From NCBI GenBank assembly GCA_965277805.1, contig OZ255842.1, positions 2,752,001 through 2,816,000 on the forward strand: 64,000 nucleotides of DNA, in the 5' to 3' direction. Below are positions 28,939-38,714 of this stretch, piece by piece (the stretch's first letter is position 1; each line of letters starts with the position of its first letter). The position numbers were made by a program, and so were the translations under genes. Under the pieces are notes generated by a model that saw only the letters and a list, made by a program, of their open reading frames with translations, made no database searches and was not told the DNA's origin. Source of the stretch: Candidatus Lustribacter sp. (GTDB lineage Bacteria; Vulcanimicrobiota; Vulcanimicrobiia; Vulcanimicrobiales; Vulcanimicrobiaceae).

Positions 28939-29877
28939 TCAACTGAACGAGGGAAACGTTACGGCCTTTGCGTCGAGTTCCATCTGCGCCAGCAGCGCCT
29001 CGACCGAATCGAACCGCATCTGCTCGCGCACGAAGCGAAAATCGCGCAACGCCAGCTCCTCACCGTAAAGCGAGCCGTTGAAATCGAGCAGCCACGCTTC
29101 CACCGTGCGCGCCGTCCCGTTGAACGTGGGATTCGTTCCGATCGACACGAGCCCGGGATAATCGCGCCCTTCGTGCCGCCCGGTGATCGCATACACGCCG
29201 TCGGGCGGCAGCATCTTCTCCGCCGGCACGACGACGTTGGCGGTCGGAAAACCCAAATCGTGTCCGCGCCCGGCCCCAAAGCCGACGACGCCGCGCACCG
29301 TATACGGAGATCCCAGCAGCCGGTCGGCCAGCGCGAGATCGCCGGCAGCCACCGCCGCGCGCACGCGCGTACTCGAAACGCGCTGACCGTCGACCAGCGC
29401 ATTCGGAACGCCGATCGCTTCACGCCCGAGCGCCGCCAGATGCGCTTGGGCGAACGCCACGTCGCCCACGCGCTTCGAGCCGAAGCGAAAATTCACCCCG
29501 ACAACCATCGCGCGGGCACCGAGCGCCCCGATCAGCACGTCATCGAGAAACGCCTGCGGTGAGAGCGAAGCAAACTGCTCGTCAAACGTCAGCACGAACA
29601 TCTCATCGACGCCCGCGCGCGCAAATGCATTGACCCGCTCCGCCATCGTCGCAATCTGCGGCGGCACCTCAGCCGGCCGCAAAAACGTCATCGGATGCGC
29701 CGCAAACGTCAACACCGCGGTCCGTTCCCCCGCGCGCCGCGCCGCGAGCAGCGCTCGCACGATCGCCTGATGCCCGACGTGAAACCCGTCGAACACGCCG
29801 ACCGCGACGCACAACGGATGCCGCGCCCGCTCCGCCCGATACGCATCATCCGCCGGCAACGCATAGTGCAGCTTCAC
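28939..29877 (-). CDS. ribF: Bifunctional riboflavin kinase/FAD synthetase
   Basis: GVFDGFHVGHQ, VSSTRVR, LGFPTAN, GTNPTF. Confidence 0.95.
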   Translation of the reverse strand: MKLHYALPADDAYRAERARHPLCVAVGVFDGFHVGHQAIVRALLAARRAGERTAVLTFAAHPMTFLRPAEVPPQIATMAERVNAFARAGVDEMFVLTFDEQFASLSPQAFLDDVLIGALGARAMVVGVNFRFGSKRVGDVAFAQAHLAALGREAIGVPNALVDGQRVSSTRVRAAVAAGDLALADRLLGSPYTVRGVVGFGAGRGHDLGFPTANVVVPAEKMLPPDGVYAITGRHEGRDYPGLVSIGTNPTFNGTARTVEAWLLDFNGSLYGEELALRDFRFVREQMRFDSVEALLAQMELDAKAVTFPSFS

Positions 29878-30743
29878 AAGAATACCTTACGCGGCGCCAG
29901 CAACGCCCCCACCGTTTCCCCAACGCCGACCAGCACCCGCGCCGAGTCGCGCACGAACACGTGCTTATCCGCCGACGGCTCATCCAACGGCACCACGCGC
30001 CCGGCCCGAAAATCCGTCGCCCGCCGCCCATCCAAAACGACGGTGGGAATCGGAATAACCCGCTCCGGCGGCACCAGCGACCCCAACGGATTCGCCGCGA
30101 CTTCATCGAGCGTCAAACTCTCATAGAGCACAAACGGCCCCGAAGCCTCACGCAACAACGCCCCCATATGCCCCACGGTCCCGCAAGCCGCAGCAAGATC
30201 CTCGCAGAACGTACGAACGTACGTCCCCTCACTGCAAGCCACGCGCATCCGAACGGTATCGCCCTCGCGCCCGAGCACGCTCAACGCATAGATCGTTACC
30301 GCCCGCTTCGCCCGTTCAACAGAAATCCCACGCCGCGCAAGCTCATGCAGCCGCTGCCCCTCATGATGCACCGCACTAAACATCGGCGGCGTCTGTTCGA
30401 TGGCGCCGACAAACGAACGCACCGCAACATCCAGCCGCGCATCTACATCATCCGCAACGGGAGACGTAGCAATAACTGCCCCAACCCCATCGGCCGTATC
30501 CGTAGCCCGCCCAAGCACCAGCGTGAACGCATACGCCTTACGCCGATCCTCAATCAACGGCAAAAGGCGCGTAGCGCGCCCCAGCGCAACCGGCAACACA
30601 CCCGCAGCCTGAGGATCCAACGTCCCCAAATGCCCGACCGCTAACTTGGACCCATCCTCGGTCGCGTACATCTTCCGCAACCGCGCACCAAATTGCGTCG
30701 ACGTCGGCCCCGCCGGCTTAAAAAGATTGAGAAATCCGAGCAT
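29874..30743 (-). CDS. truB: tRNA pseudouridine-55 synthase
   Basis: GHLGTLDPQAAGVL, QTPPMFSA, CSEGTYVR. Confidence 0.95.
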   Translation of the reverse strand: MLGFLNLFKPAGPTSTQFGARLRKMYATEDGSKLAVGHLGTLDPQAAGVLPVALGRATRLLPLIEDRRKAYAFTLVLGRATDTADGVGAVIATSPVADDVDARLDVAVRSFVGAIEQTPPMFSAVHHEGQRLHELARRGISVERAKRAVTIYALSVLGREGDTVRMRVACSEGTYVRTFCEDLAAACGTVGHMGALLREASGPFVLYESLTLDEVAANPLGSLVPPERVIPIPTVVLDGRRATDFRAGRVVPLDEPSADKHVFVRDSARVLVGVGETVGALLAPRKVFL

Positions 30744-30765
30744 AAGGCTCCGCTAAACGAAGCGC

Positions 30766-31752
30766 CTACAATCCCTCAGCCTTGAGCGCAGCACGAACCC
30801 CAACGATCGCCGCGTCCAAATCGCCGGGATACGTCAACCCAGAAGCCATAAAATGCCCGCCGCCACCCAAAGTAGCAGCCGCAGCCTGAACATTCACCTT
30901 ACCGCTAGACCGCAAACTAACACGAACGGCGCCATCAAAATCTTTGAACAAAGCCGCAGCCTCCACGCCCTCAACCGCACGAAGATGCTGAATGATTTCT
31001 TCAGTATCTTCCCCATCAGCATCAAACGCCTTGAGCATCGCCTCATCAACGACGGTCCAGCAATAACGCCCATCTTCTTCGAGCCGAGCTGCAGCCACCG
31101 CATGCGCGACAAGCTTCGTCGCCGCAAACCGCTTGTTAGCAAAAATCCACTCAGTAATGAGCGGCTTATCTGCCCCACACTCCATCATCTCAGCCGACAT
31201 GCGCAACACATCCGCCGTCGTATTCGTGTGCATAAACGCACCCGTATCGGTCATGATGGTCGTAAGAATACAAGTCGCGATATCCGGCGTAACCGGAATC
31301 TTCATCGCCTTGAGAATGCGCAGCACGCACGTCCCGGTCGAAGCCTCAGTCTCAAGAATATAATTCAGAAACCCAAACTTCGAATTGCCGAGATGATGAT
31401 CGATATTGAGCATGTTCGCGCGATCGATCTGAGGCAAATACTCCCCAGCCCGCGAGAAATCACTCATATCCCCAAACACCCAAAGCGTATCTTTGGGAAG
31501 ATCAGCCGGCACCGCGCGCGACACAAATTCCGTATCCGGCAAAAACCGCAAATTCCGCGGCACCGCATCCTGCTGAAAATACCCAACGCGCTTACCCAGC
31601 GATTTGAGCGCCAATCCCAGCGCCAAGCCGGCTCCGAGCGTGTCCCCATCAGGCTTCACATGCGAAACGAACATAAACGACGAGCGCCGATTTAGCTCCG
31701 CAACGACTTCTTCGGTGGTAGCCGAAGCCGACTCAACAACACTACTCATCAA
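30766..31752 (-). CDS. nrnA: DHH-family phosphoesterase (NrnA-like)
   Basis: HVKPDGD, IDHH, TDTG, GGGGH. Confidence 0.9.
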   Translation of the reverse strand: MMSSVVESASATTEEVVAELNRRSSFMFVSHVKPDGDTLGAGLALGLALKSLGKRVGYFQQDAVPRNLRFLPDTEFVSRAVPADLPKDTLWVFGDMSDFSRAGEYLPQIDRANMLNIDHHLGNSKFGFLNYILETEASTGTCVLRILKAMKIPVTPDIATCILTTIMTDTGAFMHTNTTADVLRMSAEMMECGADKPLITEWIFANKRFAATKLVAHAVAAARLEEDGRYCWTVVDEAMLKAFDADGEDTEEIIQHLRAVEGVEAAALFKDFDGAVRVSLRSSGKVNVQAAAATLGGGGHFMASGLTYPGDLDAAIVGVRAALKAEGL

Positions 31753-32092
31753 TCACCTTCGCACGCTCGAGCGTCTTAGACATCGCGATCGCCTGTTCGG
31801 TAGACCGATCCTCGACAAACACCAACTCCGGAGTATGCCGAAGCTTCACCAGAGCTCCAACCTCACCCCGAATAAATTTCGAAGCGCTCTTCAGCGCATC
31901 CATAGACTGTCGCGCCACATGCCGATCCCCAATGATGGAAACGAACACCTTACAGTTCATCATATCACTGGTGATTTCAGTCCGCGTGACCGTAACAAAC
32001 CCCAACCGCGGATCCTTAAGATCCTCGGAGATAACTTTCGCCACGGCCCGCTGCATCTCGTGATCGATGCGAGCCTGCCGCTGCTGCTTCAT
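31742..32092 (-). CDS. rbfA: Ribosome-binding factor A
   Basis: KDPRLGFVTVT, LRHTPELVF; position after infB. Confidence 0.95.
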   Translation of the reverse strand: MKQQRQARIDHEMQRAVAKVISEDLKDPRLGFVTVTRTEITSDMMNCKVFVSIIGDRHVARQSMDALKSASKFIRGEVGALVKLRHTPELVFVEDRSTEQAIAMSKTLERAKVIDE

Positions 32093-32104
32093 GAAAACGC
32101 TGCC

Positions 32105-32170
32105 GTTGCGGCGGGACGCTCGGAAAAATCAGAACGCCCCCCGCGCAGCAATGCAGCGTTCCGCCGCAAC
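32105..32170. repeat. 16-bp inverted repeat (one mismatch) in the infB-rbfA spacer
   Basis: GTTGCGGCGGGACGCT (32105-32120) and AGCGTTCCGCCGCAAC (32155-32170). Confidence 0.7.
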
Positions 32171-32180
32171 TGAGCCACGA

Positions 32181-35096
32181 TCAAGCCGGCTGCAGTTCTG
32201 CCGGAACCAGCTCCGAGCTGTACGCCTCGATTACGTCGCCCTGCTTGAGATCAGCAAACTTGGCCACCTGAACGCCGCACTCGAAGTTCTCAGCAACTTC
32301 GCGGACATCGTCCTTGAAGCGGCGGAGCGATTCGAGTTCGCCGTCCCAGACGACAGCCGAGTCGCGGATGACACGGACCTTCGCATTGCGGACGAGCTTC
32401 CCGGACTGCACGTAGCAACCCGCGATCGCCCCAACCTTCGAGACCTTGAAGATCTCGCGAACTTCCGCGCGCCCGAGTATGATCTCGCGGAACTTCGGCG
32501 CGAGCATGCCGACCATGGCCTTTTTCAAATCGTTCTCTACATCGTAGATGACCTGATAGAAGCGAAGATCGACTTGCTCCGAATCCGCTTGCCGTTTGAC
32601 CGACTCGTCCGGACGGATGTTGAACCCAATCAACACCGCGTTCGAAGCTGAGGCCAAGTTGACGTCGTTCGGCGTAATCCCGCCGACGCCGGCGAGGATG
32701 ACGCGAATGTCAACTTCAGCGGTAGAGAGCGATTCCACACGCGAGCGGAGCGCTTCGACCGAGCCTTGACCTTCGGCTTTGAGGATGAGGTTGAGGGCTT
32801 TCTGTCCGCCGTCCGCGGGCATCGCCATGAACGTCTCGAGCGAGACGCGCTGACCCGATGTCGCCGCGATACGAACGTCACGCCGTTTGGTCGTACGTTT
32901 CGCTGCCGCTTCGCGCGCTGCACGTTCGTCGGAAACGACCATCAGCGTGTCTCCGGCCGAGGGAACGTCGGAGAGGCCCATGACTTCGACCGGAATCGAC
33001 GGCCCGGCTTTCTTGACCTGTTTGCCCTTGTCGTCGGTAAGCGCCCGGATCTTGCCGTATGCCGAGCCGACGACGATGACGTCGCCGACACGCAGCGTGC
33101 CGTTCTGCACGAGCACCGTTGCGACGGCACCGCGTCCGCGATCGAGCGCAGATTCGATGACGACGCCGGTCGCGCGGCGCATCTTGTTGGCCTTGAGCTC
33201 TTTGAGATCGGCTTCCAAGAGGACGGTCTCGAGCAGTTTCTCGATGCCGTCACCGGTACGGGCGGAGACGGCGACCATTTCGATCTGACCGCCCCACTCG
33301 ACGGGCTGGAGGCCTTCTTCGGTGAGCTGCTGCTTGACGCGATCGGGCTGAGCGTCTTCTTTGTCCATCTTGTTGATGGCGACGACGATCGGCACTTTCG
33401 CGGCCTTGATGTGCGCGATAGCTTCTTTGGTCTGCGGCATGACGCCGTCGTCGGCCGCGACCACGAGGATCGCAACGTCGGTGACCTTCGCGCCGCGGGC
33501 GCGCATGGCGGTGAACGCTTCGTGACCGGGCGTGTCGATGAAGGTGATCTTGCGATCGTCTTTATCGACGGTGTAAGCGCCGATCTTTTGCGTGATGCCG
33601 CCGGCTTCACCGGCCGCCACGTTGGCGAAACGGATCTTGTCGAGCAGCGAGGTCTTACCGTGGTCGACGTGACCGAGCACGGTGACGACCGGCGGACGCG
33701 GCGTGAGCAGCTCCGGACGATCTTCTTCTTGCTCGACGACGACTTCATCGCCGGCCTCTTTGACGATGGCGTTGAAACCGAACTTGCGCGCGACGGCGAT
33801 GGCCTGTTCGCTCGAAATGTTCTGGTTGATCGTCGCCATGGTGCCCATGCGGAAGAGTTCCTTGATGACGTCCGCGGCGTTCACGATCATCGAGGTCGCG
33901 AGTTCTTGCACGGTGAGGACGTCGGGGATCTCGATCGACTCGAGCTTGGTCGGCGCCGGTTGAATGACGCCGTCGATCATGCGGCCGCCCTTGCGTTGAC
34001 GCTGCTTCTCGAGCAGCATCTCCGTCTCGCGGTCTTTCTTCGACTCGTCGCGGTCGCGCGCGTTGGGGCGCTGGCCGGGACGGCCGCCGCCGGACGGACC
34101 GGAGCTCGGGCTAGGGCCTTGGCCCGGGTTCAGCGGGGCGCCGGGGCCACCGCCGGTACGCGGGACGAACGGCCGGGGCGGCGCGCTGCCGCCGGGCAGG
34201 GCACGGAAAACGCCGTTGCCGGCGGGGCGCCGGACCGGGGCGCCGTTGACCGGCTGACCGGGTACGGGCGGCTGGCCCGGGCGCTGCTGTTGATAACCCT
34301 GGCCGGGAACGCCCATGCCGGGCCGCGGCGCAACGCCGGGGCGGCCGGGGATTCCGCCGACGCCGTTGGGCGAGGCCGAGTTCGGGTTGACCGGGGCCGG
34401 ACGGGGCGCAACGATCGAGGCCTGGCCGGCCGGCACGGGCCGCAGCTGCGGAACCGATTCGGTGGGCGAGAGCGGGCGGCGCGGCGGCATCGGGCCGACG
34501 GGCGGACGCGGCGGGGCGCCCGGGGCGATGCGCGGGGCGACCGAGCCCGGGATGGGGCGAGTCGGAGCTCCGGGCGCAATACGGGGCGCCGGGCTCGCAG
34601 GCCGCGGCGGCGCAACCGGGGCGGCCGGCGGTTCCTCGGGCGGCGCTTCCGGAGCGGGCGGCACGACGGCCGCCGGTGCGACGGCGACGGGCTCGGCAGC
34701 GGCCGGCTCTTCGGCGGCCGGTGCAGCGGGAGCCGCTTTCGCGCGCTTCGGTGCGGCGACCGGCTTCAGCCCAGGCACCGGCTCGGCCGCAACGGCGGCA
34801 GCAGCCGGCGGCGCAGCGGCGACGGGCGCAGCCTCGGCGGGGGCAGCCGCCGCGGGAGCAGCGACGGCAGCAGCCGGGGGGGCGGCTGCGGGGGCCTTGG
34901 CGGCCGGAGCCGCTTTGGGGGCGGGCTTAGCCGCGCCCTTGAGCTGGGCGCGAAGAAGGTCGGCGACCTTCGGTTCGACGACGCTCAGCTGGCTTTTCGC
35001 CTCGAGACCCAAACGCCCAAAGAGCGCCATGAGGTCTTTCGACGACATGTTGAGCTCCTTAGCGAGCTCGAAAATCCGTACCTTACCGGTTGCCAT
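32181..35096 (-). CDS. infB: Translation initiation factor IF-2
   Basis: [20 protein letters not shown]; long Pro/Ala-rich N-domain. Confidence 0.98.
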   Translation of the reverse strand: MATGKVRIFELAKELNMSSKDLMALFGRLGLEAKSQLSVVEPKVADLLRAQLKGAAKPAPKAAPAAKAPAAAPPAAAVAAPAAAAPAEAAPVAAAPPAAAAVAAEPVPGLKPVAAPKRAKAAPAAPAAEEPAAAEPVAVAPAAVVPPAPEAPPEEPPAAPVAPPRPASPAPRIAPGAPTRPIPGSVAPRIAPGAPPRPPVGPMPPRRPLSPTESVPQLRPVPAGQASIVAPRPAPVNPNSASPNGVGGIPGRPGVAPRPGMGVPGQGYQQQRPGQPPVPGQPVNGAPVRRPAGNGVFRALPGGSAPPRPFVPRTGGGPGAPLNPGQGPSPSSGPSGGGRPGQRPNARDRDESKKDRETEMLLEKQRQRKGGRMIDGVIQPAPTKLESIEIPDVLTVQELATSMIVNAADVIKELFRMGTMATINQNISSEQAIAVARKFGFNAIVKEAGDEVVVEQEEDRPELLTPRPPVVTVLGHVDHGKTSLLDKIRFANVAAGEAGGITQKIGAYTVDKDDRKITFIDTPGHEAFTAMRARGAKVTDVAILVVAADDGVMPQTKEAIAHIKAAKVPIVVAINKMDKEDAQPDRVKQQLTEEGLQPVEWGGQIEMVAVSARTGDGIEKLLETVLLEADLKELKANKMRRATGVVIESALDRGRGAVATVLVQNGTLRVGDVIVVGSAYGKIRALTDDKGKQVKKAGPSIPVEVMGLSDVPSAGDTLMVVSDERAAREAAAKRTTKRRDVRIAATSGQRVSLETFMAMPADGGQKALNLILKAEGQGSVEALRSRVESLSTAEVDIRVILAGVGGITPNDVNLASASNAVLIGFNIRPDESVKRQADSEQVDLRFYQVIYDVENDLKKAMVGMLAPKFREIILGRAEVREIFKVSKVGAIAGCYVQSGKLVRNAKVRVIRDSAVVWDGELESLRRFKDDVREVAENFECGVQVAKFADLKQGDVIEAYSSELVPAELQPA

Positions 35097-35148
35097 AGTG
35101 TCCTTTATCGTAACTCGGCCTGGCCCGAAAAGGCTGCGGCCGACTCCC

Positions 35149-35391
35149 TCAATCGCTCATGTGTGTGTCCTGAAGTTCGTAGTGCGTGATCGCAAACGCG
35201 CCGAGACCCGGAAATCTCTTGTTCTTGATGACGGCGCCCGCACACTGCACGCCGCAGAGATAAACTCCGCGTCCCGCACTGCGCCGGGCCCCATCGGCGG
35301 ACCAGCCGTCGTCGCGCCGGACGAAGCGCTGCAGCCGGGGCTGCTCGCGCCGTGTCCGGCAACCAACGCACGTCCGCGCCGGTGTCGCCAT
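35149..35391 (-). CDS. ylxR: YlxR/RnpM (DUF448) RNA-binding protein
   Basis: PARTCVGCR...GRGVYLC; between nusA and infB. Confidence 0.88.
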   Translation of the reverse strand: MATPARTCVGCRTRREQPRLQRFVRRDDGWSADGARRSAGRGVYLCGVQCAGAVIKNKRFPGLGAFAITHYELQDTHMSD

Positions 35392-36602
35392 TACTCGCTG
35401 CCGAATTGCTCCCGCTTGAACTCTTCAAGCCGGCGCAGCAACTCGTCGTCAATCGTCAACGCGGTTTCGCCCTCTTCCGTTTCAGCCGGCACCTCTTCGG
35501 CGACCGCATCGTCGGCCGCGTAGCCCTCGGCCGGGACGGCTTCGCGCTCGGCGAGGTAGCGGGCCCGTGCCTCCGCCGCTTCGGAATCGCTGGTGATGTC
35601 CAGGCGCCAGCCGGTCAGCCGGGCAGCGAGCCGGACGTTCTGCCCTTCGCGACCGATCGCGAGGGAGAGCTGATGGTCGGGGACGGTGACGAGCGCGATG
35701 CCGTCGTCCTCGAAGAGTTCGACCGCAAGCACCTTCGCCGGCGCCAGCGCGTTCGAGATGAACGTCTGCAAGTCGGGCGCGTAGCGGATCACGTCGATCT
35801 TCTCACCGCGCAGTTCGTCGGAGACGTTGGCTACGCGGCTCGACTTCGGTCCGAGGCACGCGCCGACCGCGTCGATCTCGGGGCGTTTGGAGTGCACGGC
35901 GACCTTCGTGCGCGAACCGGGTTCGCGCGCGATCGCCATGATCTCGACGATGTCGTCTTGGATCTCCGGCACCTGGAACTCAATCAAGCGCTGCACGAGG
36001 CCTTCGGCCGCGCGCGAGAGCACGACCAGCGGTCCCTTGTTCGTCTTGCGCACGTCGAGCACGTAGGCGCGAATGCGATCGTTGATGCGGAAGTTTTCGC
36101 GTGGCACTTGTTCGGAGAACGGCAGCAGCGCTTCGTTCTTGTTATCGAGCAGCACGTACATGTTGCGTTGCTCGTAACGCTGAACCGAGCCCATCACGAT
36201 GTCGTGCAGCTTTGCGGAGTACGTGTTGTAGACGGTGTCGCGCTCGGCTTCTCGGATGCGCTGGACGATCACTTGCTTCGCAGTTTGCGCGGCGATGCGC
36301 CCGAAGTCTTTCGGCGTGACTTCCTTATCGAAGAAGTCGCCGGCCTCGTACTTCGAACCGGCTTCCGCCTTGGAGATTTCGAGCTTGGGATCTTCCGGCT
36401 CGCCCTCGACTACGTTGCGGCGATGATAGACTTTGTAGTCGCCGGTTTGCCGGTCGATCGCGACGATCGCGTTCGCATCGGGACCGAAATTCCGCTTGTA
36501 CGCGGAGATCAGCGCCGATTCGAGCGCTTCGAGAAGGCTTTCGAAGCTGATGTTCCGTTCGTTCTCGATCTCGCGGAGGGCCGCGATCATCTCTGCGTTC
36601 AT
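35391..36602 (-). CDS. nusA: Transcription factor NusA
   Basis: FGRIAAQTAKQVI, AREPGSRTK, SLAIGREGQNVRLAARLTGW; ATG at 36602. Confidence 0.97.
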   Translation of the reverse strand: MNAEMIAALREIENERNISFESLLEALESALISAYKRNFGPDANAIVAIDRQTGDYKVYHRRNVVEGEPEDPKLEISKAEAGSKYEAGDFFDKEVTPKDFGRIAAQTAKQVIVQRIREAERDTVYNTYSAKLHDIVMGSVQRYEQRNMYVLLDNKNEALLPFSEQVPRENFRINDRIRAYVLDVRKTNKGPLVVLSRAAEGLVQRLIEFQVPEIQDDIVEIMAIAREPGSRTKVAVHSKRPEIDAVGACLGPKSSRVANVSDELRGEKIDVIRYAPDLQTFISNALAPAKVLAVELFEDDGIALVTVPDHQLSLAIGREGQNVRLAARLTGWRLDITSDSEAAEARARYLAEREAVPAEGYAADDAVAEEVPAETEEGETALTIDDELLRRLEEFKREQFGSE

Positions 36603-36658
36603 GTTCTGCTCTGCTTCATTGGCAAACGTCGGGGGGCCGGGGGAGGCCCCGACACAAC

Positions 36659-36686
36659 AGAAGCGCGGGCAAGTGCCCACGCTTCT
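36659..36686 (-). promoter_or_regulatory. rimP-leader-like attenuator hairpin in the nusA 5' UTR
   Basis: AGAAGCGTGGGC-ACTT-GCCCGCGCTTCT then GTTGTGT. Confidence 0.65.
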
Positions 36687-36703
36687 AGCGTACTCTGGCT
36701 CGA

Positions 36704-36732
36704 ATTATGGCATGCCGGACGCGGTTTGGCAA
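36704..36732 (-). promoter_or_regulatory. Sigma70-type promoter for nusA
   Basis: TTGCCA-17 bp-CATAAT with extended -10 TG. Confidence 0.7.
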
Positions 36733-36761
36733 GGCGAGGCCTGCGGTGAGACCCTACAAAC

Positions 36762-37750
36762 ATGCCGTCCCTTGCCCGAAGAGCTTTCGTCACCGGCGCC
36801 GCTGCGCTGGCCACCACCGCCCTCTGGAGACCCGCCCTCGCAAGCGAGCAGCGGGTCAACAATGTCCTCATCGAAGACGACCGGTGGCTGCTGCCGGGCT
36901 GGGAAACCCTGACCGACCCCGACGCCGCCGGGACGGCAAAAACGCTCGATCTCGTCGGCGAAACGGCCAAAATGCTCGCGGCGAAAGGCATCGGCTTGTT
37001 GCTGATGTCGATCCCGTTCAAGGCGCGCTACTGTCCCAATCTCCCGGCGGGCTCTCTGGCCCCGGTGATTGCATCGCGTTACGCGGCGTCGCTGACCGCC
37101 TTGCAGTCGCGCGGCCTGAAGACCGTCGATCTCGAGGGCGCATTGCGGCCCGTCCAAGCGGCCTACTATCCGACCGATCAGCACTGGACGTGGGAGAGCG
37201 TCGACGCCGCCGGTGATGCGCTGGCGGCCGCGTTGCGCGCCAACTGGAGCGTTCCCGACAAAGGGAAACACACGCCGCTGCAGCCGTTCGTCATCGACAA
37301 ACGCTTGGGCGATCTCGCAACGTTACTTCCGCCGGCATTGCAAAAGGAGGTCGGACCCGAGACATACCGCCTCCGCACCGCGTACGGCGGCAACTTGAAC
37401 GCTACAGCGAGTACACCGGTTCGACCGATCCGCAGCCGAAAGACACGCCGGCCGTGCAGCTCGTCGGCAGCGGTTTCGTGCGCCCGATGTGGGGCTTGCC
37501 GCAGAAGCTTCCCAACGTGCTCGGCACCGACGTTGGGCTGACGTTCTTCAACGGCGACGCCGGGCCGTATCATGCGCTGCTGATGAATCTTCGCTCCACG
37601 CTGCCCAAACGCGCTCCCGCCGTCGTGGTCTGGCAGATGACCGAAGCGAACTTGCATCTCGGTTCCGATGCAAAGGGCTGGTGGGGCATCACCTCGCTCA
37701 TGAGCCCCGACTTCTTCCTCTCGCACGTGCAAGCCGCGATCAGCGCTTAA
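36762..37750 (+). pseudogene. AlgX/AlgJ-like SGNH O-acetyltransferase, Tat signal, frameshifted near 37380-37450
   Basis: RRAFV Tat motif; WLLPGWE, PFKARY, TDQHWT, GDL; continues in ORF 37454-37750 (VQLVGSGF...VVVWQMTE). Confidence 0.75.
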
Positions 37751-38714
37751 TTAGTTCGGGTCGCCGGTAACCTCGACGTTAACGACCGACGCATCGTTGC
37801 GGTCGGCAGAGAGAACGCTGCACGTGCGATGAAGGACGCGGCGGTGGCGTAACGCTGACCGCGCCGCGCGCTGATCTGCTGGTCACGAAGATCGTCGAGA
37901 GCCCGCCCAGTTTCAGCCGCAAACCTGTCTGGTAATCCTCGGTCAGCGTTTGACTCGGGAAAACATCCTCGGCCGTGACGGAGATGATCTTGAGCGCCGG
38001 CCGGCTGAATGCGCAACCCGCGTCGGCCGACGGCACGAAGCTGCCCATCGCCTCGCGGATGATCATGTCTTTCTGATGATTTTCGGCGAACTCGTCGGCG
38101 TAGGTCCACGACGTCCACTCGAACGGCGGGCGCTCGAGCGGCAAAACGGGGAGCTGAATCATCTGCCGTTGCGGCATCAAGAAGTTGTACATGCGCAGCG
38201 AGAGCGGATGGATCACGTCTTCCGTATCGTGGAGGACCATGATCTCGTACTGCTCCGCACCTTCGGTGCGCTCGATCTCGGCGAAGATCGAGTTGAGGTT
38301 CTGCGCCTTCGTCGTCGGGCCGGGCATCGGGTTGATCACCGGTTTGACCTGCGAGTGGCGCGCGGCCGCCCGTTGTACGGCGGCGACCGTTTCTTCGTCG
38401 TTCGGATACACGCCCACGAAAATATCGTAGCGATGGTATTCGAGCGACGTGGTCGCGAACTCCAGCATGCGTTCGACGACCGGCGACTCGTGCCAGCACG
38501 GAATCATGATCGCAATGCGTTGCTCGGGCTTGGAGCGCAATTTCTCGATGGTCAGCTTGGGAAACTTGTGGCGCTCGAAGCTGCGGATGATCTGGCGAGA
38601 CCAGAACGCCAGGTCGACGACGACATCGTCGAGGCCGAGCAGAACGTACACCGCCGCAACGACGATGGTCAGGACGCTGAAGAGGGCCGCTGCGTGGTAA
38701 CTGAACTCTACCAT
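37747..38714 (-). pseudogene. nfrB: NfrB-like GT2 glycosyltransferase, C-terminally truncated
   Basis: IAIMIPCWHE, IFVGVYPND, GPTTKAQNLN, HDTEDVIHP, YADEFAENH, LTEDY; the QxxRW motif and downstream TM/GSPII regions are absent. Confidence 0.75.

Noticed and set aside
34050-34950. Very GC-rich low-complexity stretch
   Set aside because: It is the ordinary Pro/Ala/Gly-rich N-terminal region of IF-2.
32766-35189. 807-aa plus-strand ORF and similar long antisense ORFs (5117-6874, 12563-14362, 43310-45412, 55989-57785)
   Set aside because: These are shadow ORFs opposite well-supported genes, expected at high GC, with no recognisable motifs.
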